A stretch of 64,000 nt of DNA from Paragordius varius (lineage: Eukaryota > Animalia > Nematomorpha), in NCBI GenBank assembly GCA_964247055.1, contig OZ176051.1, positions 11,408,001 to 11,472,000 on the forward strand, written 5' to 3'. Below, piece after piece: positions 26,001-39,145 of the stretch; the stretch's first letter is position 1; every line of letters starts with the position of its first letter. The position numbers and the translations under genes were made by a program. The notes under the pieces were generated by a model that saw only the letters and a program-made list of their open reading frames with translations, did not search any database and had not been told where the DNA came from.

Positions 26001-29000
26001 ATCAAAACATGGTTATCTCAAAAATAACCAATAAAAATATTTTATCTTAACCCACAAACACATTTATATTCATGAGGTAAATTCGGTTTACGTGGGTATT
26101 TGCAATTATAAATGGTGTTTAGTAATATATGTACCAGCATTTGTAATTAATTCAGGGGGTAAATTATTTGCATTTGCGACCAAATCAATTAGCTCGGGGT
26201 TTTGTTGTTCATATTCAGAAATCATACGTGTCCACCTTGCACCATCTTCTTGTAGTGTCCGTATAACCTTTTACATTTCAATGTTATAATGTATATATAT
26301 TGTGAAAAAATACTAAACTAATTCGATAGGGCCCAATTTTTTGCAAAAAACTAAAATTAAATGGACATTATATTTCATTTAATACTCTGTTTTTTTTATC
26401 AGAACCATATATAATTTTAAAGTAAAAATGATACAAAAAAGTTGATGTGGTTCATTATGAGCAACATACCCTCAATCTACAAGATTTGTGGAAAATCTCA
26501 CCCTACTTTAACCGATTATAAATCAATATCCAGGACTTCTTATTGTTGAATTGAAAAGGGCAAGAGTAATCAGATAGGGGGTGTTTTACAGTCTAAGTAG
26601 ATATTATTTCTAACTTATATTTTAAATATTGCCGACAGCATTTACAGTGACATGCCATTCTTTTGGTTAAAAAACAACGAAACCTATTTTTATGGAAACC
26701 AAATTTAAGCCATTTTTATGCTTTACACTGTAGTCGAGATTGACTTTTTGATTATAAAAATAACCTTCGCCATAAATTCCGTAATAGTTTTAATAATGAG
26801 TTCTTTTTGAGGCCTCTTTTAGGTGTGCTGCTGTTTACAATAATTAATGCAAAAAAAGTAGCAGTGTAGGCCTGCTCACACTATGGAAGGCTTACATAAG
26901 AAGGATTAACTGAAGGTTGTTACCAGCTATGATAAAAACTAGGACATGCGTCATAAGCTAATTTCAATAATTTATAAGCGCCTGTTGTGTTCATTTTTTA
27001 CCATGTTAATATACCATTTACAGTTCAAATTTACCCTTGAACAATTCAAATTCACCCTAAAAATAAATTATGTGTTTTCGAACTAATATAACTCATTATT
27101 TATAAAAAATATATCTTTATGGCTTAGTTTATTATTTTTTCAGTATTATTATAATTTAAAACAAATTTTTATTTTCCAAAAATATATAAAAATATTGGGT
27201 AATTTTTAATCTAAAAACATATATTTTATCTGAGAGTGAATTTAAATTGTTCAAGGGTGAATTTGAAGTGTTCAAGGGTGAATTTGAATTGTTCAAGGGT
27301 GAATTTGAATCAAGGGTGAATTTGAATAGTTCAAGGGTGAATATGAATTTTTCAAGGGTGAATTTGAATTGTTTAAGGGTGAATTTGAATTGTTTAAGGG
27401 TGAATTTGAATTGTAAATGGTATAAGTAGTGTACTACCTCAGGATCCGTTATCCCAATCTCCTCGTAAATGTTGGCCGGTCTCCCGCGGTACCCGGAGCC
27501 GCGTCCGCGCGAAGCCCCAAAAACGCCCGCACCTCGAGGTGGAGAGACCGGTTCACCGCGCTCAGCGGCTTCCAACTTAGCCAAGGCTGCCAAGTAGATT
27601 GCCGTTGAGGCCTGACCACGTTTTCGGCCTCGTCGCGATTTTAGGGGCATGCCAGTTGCACCACCTAAACTATTTATCATTGCGTCATTATTACTATTCA
27701 TATTCAGGTCAGGATTATTGGGATTGGGAGCAAGACTGTTATTTTGTAAGGAATCATTGGCAAAATTTGTGACACTATCATAATCTATGGGAAAATTATT
27801 TTAAATTACCCTAAAATGTGTAGTATATAATGTGAAAAAAAAGGTAAATTTTGGCTGGTATGACCAAGCGTGTGATATATAAATACTGATTATCAATTAT
27901 TTGGATATTTAATCGAACGAATATATTATAGGTCACAAAAAACTAATTTTATGATGTGATAAAAAAGATGTAATTGGATATAAATAGTCTCAATTGATAT
28001 AATCGCAGTTTTATGCTTAACCGCTCCTTTTAAAAATAAAATAATAAATGATTTCTAGTAATAAAAACATTTAAACGTCCTAAATTTTATCATGAATTAA
28101 TTTATTTCAATCAACTTCTCAAACAAAAAACTAAAAAATATCATTTAATGATGAGTTAGACCTTTAATGCCATAATGATAAATAGAGTCTGAGAGGATAG
28201 CATTGGTGATTGGATCAATTACATCGGCTAAACTATTTTTGATCATTTTCCCACTGATTTTATTTACATGCTCAGAATTATAAGTGGTGGTAGATATTTC
28301 ATTATCTTTCACAATGAAATTTGAGTTATTGTAATATTCCGTTTTAACAGGCATCTGAACGATAAAAGGTTTTGTTGAGGAAAAAATAGAAATATTGTGT
28401 AAAAAAAATTTAAAAATGTGCAAAGGTTAAAGTGAAAAAATTACTTTATTATCCATGTGATCAACATCATCATTTACGTCAACTATGGGTAAATTACTAG
28501 AAACATATAATGAAAAATATAGATCATAAAGTTTATGAATTAAAATTATGGTATCCCCTCCTCATAATAAGCTTTATTAGATAAAAACGTCTAAATTCTA
28601 ATTATAGATTATCATGCATCCAAAGTTTTTAATAAGGTAGTTTTCTATTTATAAAAAGGTGCGTGGATTGCCACAAACTTAATGATGAACATATCATTAA
28701 ATGAAAACAGAAATAGTAACAATATAAGAAGAGTCAAATATAAAATTATAAGGACAAAACGTAAAATTGAAATAATTGTTTACAAAATCCCAAATAATCG
28801 CGATTGTATAATTTTTAAAGGATATTTCGTTTTTTAACTTTTATAACCGTTAAAAATATGATTAAACTAATAAATGATTTGGACCAATTTTTGTCCTTAT
28901 AATTTATTTTATTTATCATTTGAAAAATTTTCTGATTATTTTTAAAAAATATTAATACAACTTAAAGCAACAGATTACAAAATTTGAGTGAGGGGGTGAT

Positions 29001-32000
29001 TATATATTCAGTATTTTACAAACACTAAATAACAAAATAGTCAAACTTGTCGTTAAGTACAAAATTATTTGACAATTTTGTGGGCAATCTCCGGATGCGT
29101 TGTCCTTTATGGGTTAAAACTACTTTTTGATAAGGCAAAGTGGCAGCTAAAATGACAAAAATAATAAATATATACGGAATCACCCTTGGGCGACACGAAT
29201 TTACAGTTAACATTAAGATTTCCCCCTCAAAAATTTTAAAATAACACTCAAACATTCCAAATTCCCCCTTAAACGCTACAAATCCATAAAAGTAAAAATA
29301 AATGATATGTTTATAAGATAAATACGCTATAAGATAACAGTATATTTTATCATTTTTAGTTTTATTATTATGGCTATATTTTGTTGAATTAAAAAACGAT
29401 TTCATTTTTCAAAATTATCAAAAAATTAGGTTAGGTGTCCAGTTATATAACTCTCTCCAAATTAAAATCATTTATATTATTAATTTAAATAATAGTTGGT
29501 TAATCTAACGTATTTAACATGTAAAAAGGGGACTTTAAAAATGTTTAAGAGTAGATTTGAGATTTAATACATAAAAATATCTAAAATTAGACGGACGAAC
29601 TATAATCTTGTAAAGAATGATAATAATATTGTTTACATATGCGATATAAATTAACAAAAAATAACCGTAAAATTAATTTATTTTTTCCAGCCAACAACGT
29701 AATAACTTATTAAAATAATATATAAAATATGTTTAAAGTTTTAATATATATGCCCAATTTAAAGATAAAGCCAACCTATTTTTTAATTACCACCTTGGCT
29801 TATGATAATATTTTTGGCTGCCAAAAAATCAGGAAAACATAATTTAATTTATTTTATAAATTGGTCACTCTTTATGCGATTCTGTGTTCAAACTTAAAAT
29901 GCCTTTTTTTCTTTTTCTAATAGAATTTACATACGTTTTTTATCATCCATGGACCATTTGAGTGGCTTACCGCGTTTGGTTTGGGGTTTTGGTGGTTCCT
30001 CATACGTTTCGGGTTGTCCTATGAATACATTTACAAAATTTACGAATGAAAATATAAAGTTAAATTATTCAACATATAAATTCTAATCATAAGTGTCTTA
30101 GTATTGTTAAAAAAATTTCAAAAATTTCGCTAAATAACATTTGTGATAATGATTATTTATATACATCATGCATTTTATGGTTGTTTATTATACATATGGT
30201 AGTCCAATTCGAAACACAGATAATAATAAAAAAATTTTTTTTCCTTTCATTTTTCCATACACTACTATGTTGCAAATTGCCCAAGTATAGTGTGAAATAA
30301 GCAACCATTAAAAAGCATACTGTATTTATATAAGTAATTACCAGGAATTATAACATTGAGTGTTTTCAAATCCAATCTCCAATATGGTTGAGTCACATTC
30401 AAACGATCTTGTATCCGTACAAAATTTTCATGAATACAAGGAATTTTATATAGCTTTAAAGTGGCAGTCTTAGGTACTAACAAGTTTGTAGCCTTGGCTA
30501 AATCCATATTTTGCGATTCATTTTTAATTTTCTTATTGTATGCTTCTATATTCTTTTCATATGACAACAATAACTGGGATATATTGATGGATGGTGAAAA
30601 AAAGCCCATTAAAGCGGTAAATATGATTCGATCTCCTAGCCAAAAGGGTAATTTGCATACATCTAAATAGAAGAGAGAACGAATGATTAAATTACAAAAT
30701 TGTAAACGTATCATTAAAAATAAATATTTAATAAAACAATTTCGGCCAACCTTCCCGCGGTGTTAGCTGGGGCATGAAAATGCGCTAACAGCAAAGGCCA
30801 GTTCCTAATGATTTGAAACCATTAGTTGTACACAAGGGGACGTGTTACGTAAAAAATCGCCTCAAATTACACCGAAGTATAAATATTATTAATATGAATT
30901 ACTTCGTGGTATGCAAACTCCGAATTCGGAGTCCTACCCTTTATTAAATGAAAAAAGTTTAATTATTTTGCCTATTGAATCACCAAATTTTGAAGTTTAA
31001 AATGGGTGTTTTGGAAAAATTAGAAGGCGTCCAACAAAATATTTATTGATTTTTGATTATATTTTAAATTGATCTCATTATAAAAGCATCATGAATTGCT
31101 CATTGATCAAATACGGCATTTTGTATGTCATTATTCATAGGAAAAAATTTATCCAATATAAATTTCAAGTCATATCCATTCATAAATATTAGTATAATAT
31201 CAATAAATTAAAGGAAAGTAAGGTTAATTGAAAATACAATTAACCATCCCTGTCAGAACGGGAAACTAATAAGCTCTTGTCATATATTTCCGGTTATTAA
31301 TTGAAATATGGCTCTCATCATGACAAAAACATTGTGTAATATATATTCCAAATTAAATAATTTTTATTAAAAATTACTAAATTAATATTTTCTTCTAATG
31401 GTACTTATTATCAGGGAATGAGGGGGTCATATAAAAACATTAACCTCGGCCCAAACATCCCCCTAATGAATATCGAAAAAATACGCTGGAAATACCTTGT
31501 TGAACTATATTACGGTGCCTGTTACGCATGAAATGTAGATTGTCACTAATACCTTCATCGGTATAGTGTGAGTCGCCATAGTAACTGCTTTGAGGACTGA
31601 TATTAGTTTTCTGTTTTAAATGATTCATAATATCAGTTTCCTTACTAATATCACCATACTCATCGTACTCATCATCGGTGGTGAAAGATTCCTCTTCAGA
31701 TTCAATGCCATCGCTAAAATATAAATCTTCCTCTTCCGAACTGCGTAATTCATCGGTGTTGTTTTGGGTTGACGCTTTTTTGGGGTGTTTTCTACAACAA
31801 CAATAATAAAAATTTTACAAAACATATATATATCATCATTCACGAGTGGGTTTAAATGACTTTCATTAAATTGAAGTGAAATTATTATATATATTTTTTA
31901 ACTAGATTTGTCGAACATTGAGCAACCTGACAAATTTTTTTAAATAATATTTTTTAATTAAGTCAGATATCTAAGTCACGCTTTAATACGAAAACAAATA

Positions 32001-35000
32001 ATATAGTTTAAGTCTAATTAATTTCACAATTATTTTCAAAACTTATTTTGTCAAATCAACCGCGCATAAATATAAAAAAATTAAAGATAATTTCAAGAAT
32101 ATAAAAAACTTAAAAACTGAATTCTTGAAATTATGTAAGAAATCATCAATAAACTTTGTTTGAAATGGGATAAGATACTTTTTATCATGAGAACCAAAAC
32201 CACTAATTTGAAGGTGGGTATTGGATTCATTTTTTGATGGGAGGAAAGATTGGTTAGAAGAGAGGGTTGGCTTAGTTGGTTGAACAATCGATTCTGCTGA
32301 CGAAGTATAAGCAGCCAGGTTAGCCATAACGCTCGCTACATTAAGCACGGAGGGACTATCGACCCTTCTATAATGACATAGACATAAATAAAAAATAACG
32401 CATAGTTTAAAATTAATTCTAACAAATCTTATTTTAAATAAACGCAAAAATTCTGAGATTGAGCGACGATAAAATTGTTAAAATATGCATATGACATCAA
32501 AAAAAAAGATTATTGAAATATTGCCAAATAAAAACATCAGTGCATAATATGTGTTAAACATGATGATTGTTTTTTCGTTTGTTTGGTACATATATTATAA
32601 CTTGAATATTCAAAATCGAAGTAGACATTGAAATTTTTTCTTTATATTTTCATTTTAAGATTAACCGATAAATATTGCGTACTATTGTAAAATAAAAACA
32701 TAAATAGATATAAATCTAAATTATAATTAAAATTTTGATTTAATCTTTTGAAAATATATTATATTACAATTAATTAATTTAAAATGTCAGTTTTGTTTTG
32801 TTTAAAAAGTTCCCTCTCTGAAAAATAATTTATTTAATCACAAATAAAACTTTGGACAATAATGCAGTCCAAATAGAAAAAATAGTAATGATTTAAACTC
32901 AAGGCTAACGTATAAATATATATGGAATTTGAAATAGCTTGAGGTATAAAAACTGTTTTGGCAAACCATTTTATATCAACATTATAAATATTATAAATGT
33001 AAAAATATAATTTTTATGTAAAATAATCTAAGTGGCAAACTTTATTGCAACTAATTACAATTTACAATTCGGTAAAATATTGAAGCTTAAAAACATTTTA
33101 AAAACCTATAGATTTTACCAATATTTTTGAGGTATAAAAAATTTCAAAAGGTTACTATTTTAAGACCAGTAGTATTTTTTACCCAATATTAGACGATTGA
33201 TTCAGATTTGAGCAGATTCTGTCATATTTATTTATAAGCGTTTCGCTGGAGCCACCAAATTTTTGATCTAAATTTTCTGATTGATGGATGAGTTCATTAT
33301 GTGTAGGCACTATGAAATAAATATTTAATAATTTATCAAATAAAAGTTGAATAATAGCCAACGATACATTAAGAATATATGAAAAGTCAAATTATAAATA
33401 AGAAGAACCGGTAAGGAATGTCAACCATATATTTAATTATTTTAAATAATAAACTTATATAGGGGGAGGGGGTTGATTACATAATTAAAAACCTCTTTGT
33501 GAAATGTGGTAAATTTAAAAAAATAATTCGGCTCTCGATCAAAAAATTATTTTAAAATTAACTTAACTAATTTTACGCCGCATTATTTATTAAAACTTTT
33601 CAGATATTTCCTGAAAGGCACTGAAAAATTAAAATTAATCAGAATATAAATTTAGAAAAACTTTCAGATCCAATCATATTTTCAGTTGTAGCCAAAACAT
33701 TTTTAACATTGTAACCACCTTCGACTGTTCCTTCATCCAAAACAATACTTTCGATAGCAAAACCGTCCGAATTTTGGATCGAATTAAGGTGACCTGTTAA
33801 ATGTGCAAAGAGGGATGGTTTTTATGAAATTTAGCTCTTACAATAAAATATATATCGCATATAAACGAAAATGCGTCATTATTTAGCTATAGCGAGGATA
33901 GGAAATAAAAATGTTTATTTATATTTGAAGCAATTGATTTTACTATCGAAATACAATATATTTTTAAAAATTTTTTCGCTTATATTTTATCCATTATATA
34001 TACAGTAAAAATTGAAACTATGCGGACAAAACGTGAAAATATAAAGACAAATGTTTTTTTCTAAAGATCAACCATTATCTCAATCGTTTAAAACTGTAAA
34101 GTATAGAATAGAGATAGATGTATATTGGTGACACAATCAATTATATATTTTAAAATTGTAATTAGTTGATGATTGTGAGAAAAATTAGGGTTTAAAAAAG
34201 TATAGTTGTCTTTTAGAAAATTTTTTTGTCCGTATAATTACAATTTTTATTGTATAATTTTCATTTTCATATTATTACTGTTTTCATCCAACATGGAAGA
34301 ATTTTGTGGGTAATTTCCAACAACACTAGGATTTGTGCTATATCTCGAGGGCGTAGCTAAGGCTAAAATAGTGGCTTCATCATCGCGACACCCGCTCTCA
34401 TAATGACGTTTTTTCACGTTCCAAGTTTTGAAACTTTTGCCACACCGATCACACACGTACGGTAATTTCTACGTACGTAGTAGAAAAAAAAGAGTTTTTA
34501 TGGAATTTATAAATATATGTGATGCGCATTCATTTTCCCTTAACGATTATACACATATGATAAATTCTATGTTGTTAACTTTTTAATCAATTACAAATAG
34601 TATGAGGGAACCAGCCGAATAAATGCGCAGTTAAAAATTGTGAAAAGTGATCGCTAGATCAATATAATTATTAAGAATCATAACCCTATCAATTCCCATA
34701 AAACATATATTATAAACAGCGAAAAAGGAGTGAGTATATATATATATATATGGCGGTGACCTTATGTGTGTTAAGTTTTCTATCAGTTATCTGTTATAAA
34801 ATATAAACGCTTAACAAAAAATATGCTATAAATAGTATGATAATCCTAGAATGTTGTCATTATTTATATTTGTAATTTATAACACTATAAAATCAAAAGT
34901 TATGTTTATAACTTTTAAAAAAACATAACCAGATAATATTTTATTGAAGTTGCTAAAAATGATCCATTAAAAACAATTGCTACATAAATAAATTATTGTG

Positions 35001-37834
35001 AATATCATACCCCGGCATGCAGTAATATGTGCCTTTTTAACGTCGATTTTCGGCTCAAACGAACATTACAAAACGGTTGAGGACATTTAAATGGTTTTAG
35101 AATTCCTTCAAAAAAAAACCAAATAATATATAATTAAGATAATCATATATTTAAAGCTTTTTTCTATTTAACAATTATAATTTTAACAGATAAAAAAAAG
35201 ATTAAAAACCACAAAATAAGTAAATACTCGATTTTCCGTAGGGTTGTTCCTCATCACTGGGAATAAACTCGCCTGATGCATTATAATGGGAACGTTTAAT
35301 GTGTACTTCGCACACATTAGCTTTCCGGAAAGTTTTGTAACAGTGGGGACAAGCAAAAGGTCGTTCCTAAATTTATAATAATTTAGGTTTTTTTAAATTT
35401 TATTTAATTATTTTTATGATTATTAAAAAAATCGTTTATAAGCACCGCTACACTAATTTAATTGCATTTTAGATTTTAAAATAGAGTTCTAGTTTAGGAT
35501 CAGGTCCAAAAATAGTGAATAAAACTATATCCTTCATACTTGGGTAATTATGGCGAAATAAAGGTATAATATTACCCTACCCATTATACAAAAAAATTAT
35601 TATTACCATTTGTGTATGAATCATAATGTGCCGTTTCAAACTGCCTTTGGTCGAAAAAGAGAGTCCACAATTCACATACGTGCATTCAAATGGTTTTTCA
35701 CCTATTGGAAAATATTAATTGTAAAAAAATGATCTAAAGCTTATCAATAAAAACGGGAACTGACATAGAAATCTAAAAAATTATATAATAATAACTTAGT
35801 AAAACCTAATTTTAAAACTATAAAAGATAATATAAAATAATGAAATAAACCAGTGTGAGAACGTATGTGATCCTTTAAATGACTAATTTTCTTAAAACGT
35901 TTTTGACATAATTCACAAAGGTATCGTCGCTCAGCCAAATCTTCAAGATCATTACTAAAATAAGTCATAAAAAAATTTAGTAATGCTGAAAATTTTAAAC
36001 TTATAAACTTGTTAAATATATATAAATTTTATAAATAATAAGTGGTTGAAATAAATAGGAATTTGTTTAATATCTATAAAATAAATAATTTCAAATTCTA
36101 TCTAATAAATAGGTTGTATCGGGAGCGAAATTTCTTTTCAATGAACTTAATAAATATGTATCTTTTTATCAAAGAGTAGAAAAAATATGAGTTATTTTTT
36201 TAACGAAACGGTTAAATCAAAGGCGAAACAAAAATTTGACATTTATCTTACCATACAACGCAAAAAAATCCACTGTAATCAGTGGTGGCACGAATTAAAA
36301 TATATGTAAAAAAGTTGGTGAACATTAACAGTAGCTTGAAATTAAACGTTTTTAGGCGCTTATGTAATTGGGACAATAAATTAAAAACCAATTTCGTGTT
36401 TTAACACTTGTGTATAGTACTTAAAAAATGATACAAATCAGCATTATCCACAAACTAAGGTAAAACCGGTTAAGTTCGCCACCGTGTTAGAATTTTAGAT
36501 ATCAACAAAACGGTTCAGGGTCCAATATCCGTCCCGCTTCACAAAAAATTGTTTTAAGACAAAAGGGTTAAAAGAAATTACGTATAAAGACTTACTAGGC
36601 GGATCTAGGTCTCCGGGTAGATTTCCTCGGCATATGTAATATACTACTGGGCCCCCCACCCATTCCGTTATAACCGGAGGCATAAGAGTCCATAAAATAT
36701 GAGGGGTGATATTCACCTCCTAGCAAACTAAGGGCCGAATTATTCATGTTATCTCCAACCATGTTTGAGCCATAATATAAATTTTGTTGTTGGTAATTAT
36801 TATTGTTCGGGTTAGGGTTAGTCGTAGTATCTTCAGCAATGGTTAAATAATTAGAACCAGATAAAGGATCATCACTAAATAATATTACAAATAAGAACTT
36901 AAGATAGAAAGATGAAAGGTAAAAAAAGATATAAGAAAAAGATTTGTGTGGCAATATTTATTAAATATATATAATTTATTTGATAGTTGTTGAAACTCAA
37001 CATATTAATATCACACTACGCCAAATATGATTAAAACACCTGAGAGTATAGTCATTTAAAATGGGTCCTGTGATTAAATAAGAAAACAATTTAATATTGT
37101 CTAGGAAAAACGTATTGCAATAAAATTGTCATTTAATAAGGAAACCGATTTGGAACGACTTAAAAGGCGTTTAATATAATGACAATGCATTTAAATGGTA
37201 ACTCGCTTTGATCTTGGATAAACAAATAGTAAATATACTTCAATTGATTATATGAAGTAAGATTTCCATCAGCTCCAATGCTAACACCAGCTGCTTCGAG
37301 AGCTTCAAGTTTTATGTCACTAACATCAATAGTGTATATAATGTCGCCAGTTTCGGGATTTATTGACGTTTCAACGGCTGAACTAGGCAACGCATTTATA
37401 TTGATTCCAAGATTTTGAGACGTTATTAATATATTTTGTTGTTCATTATTGGAAGCATTTGCCAAAGGTTCATTAGGATCCAATTGCATGCCTAAAAATA
37501 TATTAATTTTGATTAGAAAAATAATACTTTGTTGCCCGTGTACTTCTTTAAGATGCGTTTCACACTCCTCGTAAGTGGCAAAAGCACAAAAACAAACATT
37601 ACAAGCATAAGTCTAAATAATTAATTTAATTATTAACCTCATTATGGGACGATTCCAAATGTTGTTGCAAGGCAAATGAAGTATCAAAACTTTCCGTGCA
37701 AAGTGAACATTTTAAGGATTGTTGAATAAGGTCATCGTTCACAACCTCTGAATATTATATTTATTTTTTAAAAAAATAGTCTAAAAATTAATCAGACGGA
37801 CCGAATAATAAAAAATAAATATAACCTTACCCAT
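23023..37834 (-). CDS. Multi-zinc-finger protein (7 C2H2 + 1 C2HC fingers, acidic tract, RG-rich segment), ~22 coding exons
   Basis: Phase-consistent exons include 37834-37831 (ATG), 37747-37638 (CSLC..HLESSH), 37612-37528 (CNVC..HLKEVH), 37491-37239, 36874-36596, 35954-35851 (CELC..HIRSHTG), 35701-35607 (EKPFECTYVNC..HIMIH), 35366-35228 (ERPFACPHC), 35105-35011 (CPQPFC..HILLH) and 34468-34279 (CDRC..HYESGC). The chain continues to a terminal exon with CHLC..HLLEVH and a TAA at 23025-23023. A few middle splice sites are uncertain; no ortholog assigned. Confidence 0.88.
23637..24622. mobile_element. ~1-kb palindromic (foldback/MITE-like) element in a zinc-finger gene intron
   Basis: Termini atatcatttctcagtcaa / ttgactgggaaatgatat. 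Inner arms also match as reverse complements (ttatcgatggttcgcatatataatcggggctaacct vs aggttagccccgattattaatgcaaacaatcgataa). Confidence 0.8.
24962..25164. mobile_element. hAT-type MITE, 203 bp, intronic
   Basis: TIRs caggggtgtc / gacatccctg; flanks ttttaaac / tcttaaac (7/8 TSD). Confidence 0.8.
25307..25554. mobile_element. 21-bp-array foldback MITE, copy 1 (1+2 units)
   Basis: TA|taccatt-aacaattcaaattcaccct ... agggtgaattcgaattg...gtaaatggta|TA; the core is homologous to the copies at 27012 and 45769. Confidence 0.85.
27012..27422. mobile_element. 21-bp-array foldback MITE, copy 2 (2+9 units, opposite orientation to copies 1 and 3)
   Basis: TA|taccatttac ... gtaaatggta|TA. The terminal arrays are made of aagggtgaatttgaattgtt(c/t) units and their reverse complement. 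Confidence 0.9.
30265..30662 (-). pseudogene. Exon-like fragment nested in a zinc-finger gene intron, homologous to ~47250-47500; runs into a CAGTATG MITE end
   Basis: An AG acceptor is followed by an open frame DVCKLPFWLG...FFSPSINI...KIPCIHENF. It shares taaaattccttgt (KIPC) and an adjacent ~90-bp arm with the 47.2-kb region. Confidence 0.4.
30744..30932 (+). ncRNA. Unidentified structured element, copy 2
   Basis: Same block order and near-identical length to 22583-22769. Invariant GGGGCATGAAAATGCGCTA; stems UGUUAGC/GCUAACA, CGAAGUA/UACUUCG and ACUCCG/CGGAGU. Confidence 0.5.
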
Positions 37835-38319
37835 TTAAGTTTGATGGTGGTTCAATATGGGAATGACGCCTAAATGAATATATGGTTGATATGTACGACT
37901 GATGTTTGTGCAATCAATTCATTATTGTAATTAAATTTAGTTGACGTTAAACACAAAATTTACGTATGGAAATTACCTTTTCTTGATTTTTATTATTTTT
38001 TATGATTTTACGTTTAATCCTAGTATAAATGATTATGTATCACTGCGTCCAAAATCGGGAGCTATAAAAAAATAACTTGATGATTGGAAATATCAGGATT
38101 ATTATGGTGCGTTGGTTTTGGCCTTACAAATTATTTGAAAAATTATTATAATTTTTGTTAAAAGTGTTCCATATCAGGAAATGCAAAATACACGCACATT
38201 TAAATAATTTTTTATGGTGAAAGCTAAAGGCTTCATTCCACAACATATTAAACCATATCATAAAAGTACAAAAAAGCTAATCAATATTTTCACAAATATA
38301 TTTGCGGCCTCCGCCCAAA

Positions 38320-39145
38320 TTTTTTCGCTCCTTTAAAATGGGCTAGTTCTCTTAAAATATTGTAAAAATGCCGTGATTGTGCGATAAAAATATTAAATAT
38401 ACTTAAAATTTTAATATCAACTCAAAAAATGCAAGCTTTTTTTAAAAAAATTAATTTTTAGCAAAATTTTCTTGGAACCTACTTCATACTATTTAGAATC
38501 ATGATGGTAACGGTTTACAAACGCTTTAGGTTATTATAACACTTTTTCTTTATAACATGGTGCTGATTTGTATGGCTTAGAAATTATAATTTAAACGTTC
38601 GTTTGCCTAAGGTTTTTGTGCATTTTCGAAAAACAATTTTTTTAACACAAATCTAAAGAGACGATCTAATTATTTTAATTAAAATTCCACCATCGAATTG
38701 TATAGAAAAGGAGTTTGCATAATTGCTTAAAGCGTTTTATGCTTCCATCATGCCTCAAAATACTTTTACGCCTGAAGAAAATTTTGCCGAAATTTATATT
38801 TTTTAACAAATGCAATTTTTAAAAAATATTTTTAGATATATTACACATATTTAATTTTTTATCGCGCAACCGGCATTTTTGCGACAATTATATAGGAACA
38901 AAATTTGGGACTTTCGAACCCCACATCTATGTAGTTTATAACTAAATAGTTATTTTAAAATGAAGCATCTATTTACCAAAAAAAAATGATTTTAAATAAT
39001 ATGCGCAAATTTTGCCATTTTCTGATATACACCCACTTACCACAATGGTGTATATAACTTTCTTAAATCACTGGTAAGGCCAATGAAAATCCTATACATT
39101 TTCCCATCCGAATAATATATTTCACTTTTTTTGTAGACACTGTGT
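38320..39145. mobile_element. Member of a dispersed, partly palindromic MITE family (related pieces at ~3905-4330, ~4690-5045, ~40570-40830, ~42440-42590, ~53550-53800)
   Basis: Recurrent blocks such as tagatgt(a/g)(g/a)gttccgaa..cccaaa, aaaaatgccg(g/t)g..tg(c/t)gcgataaaa and gtacttcatacta occur in both orientations. The right end gtagacactgtg is followed by TA, as in Tc1-like elements. Boundaries are approximate. Confidence 0.55.

Noticed and set aside
27156-27437. C-terminal LQFKFTLKQFKFTL repeat of ORF 27156..27701, and ORFs 27247..27429, 45674..45943 and 45712..45903
   Set aside because: These are translations of the 21-bp MITE arrays; the real exon ends at the GT donor after 27438.
36805-36825. 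GGGTTAGGGTTAG telomere-like motif
   Set aside because: Only two units, lying inside a zinc-finger exon that encodes TNPNPN.
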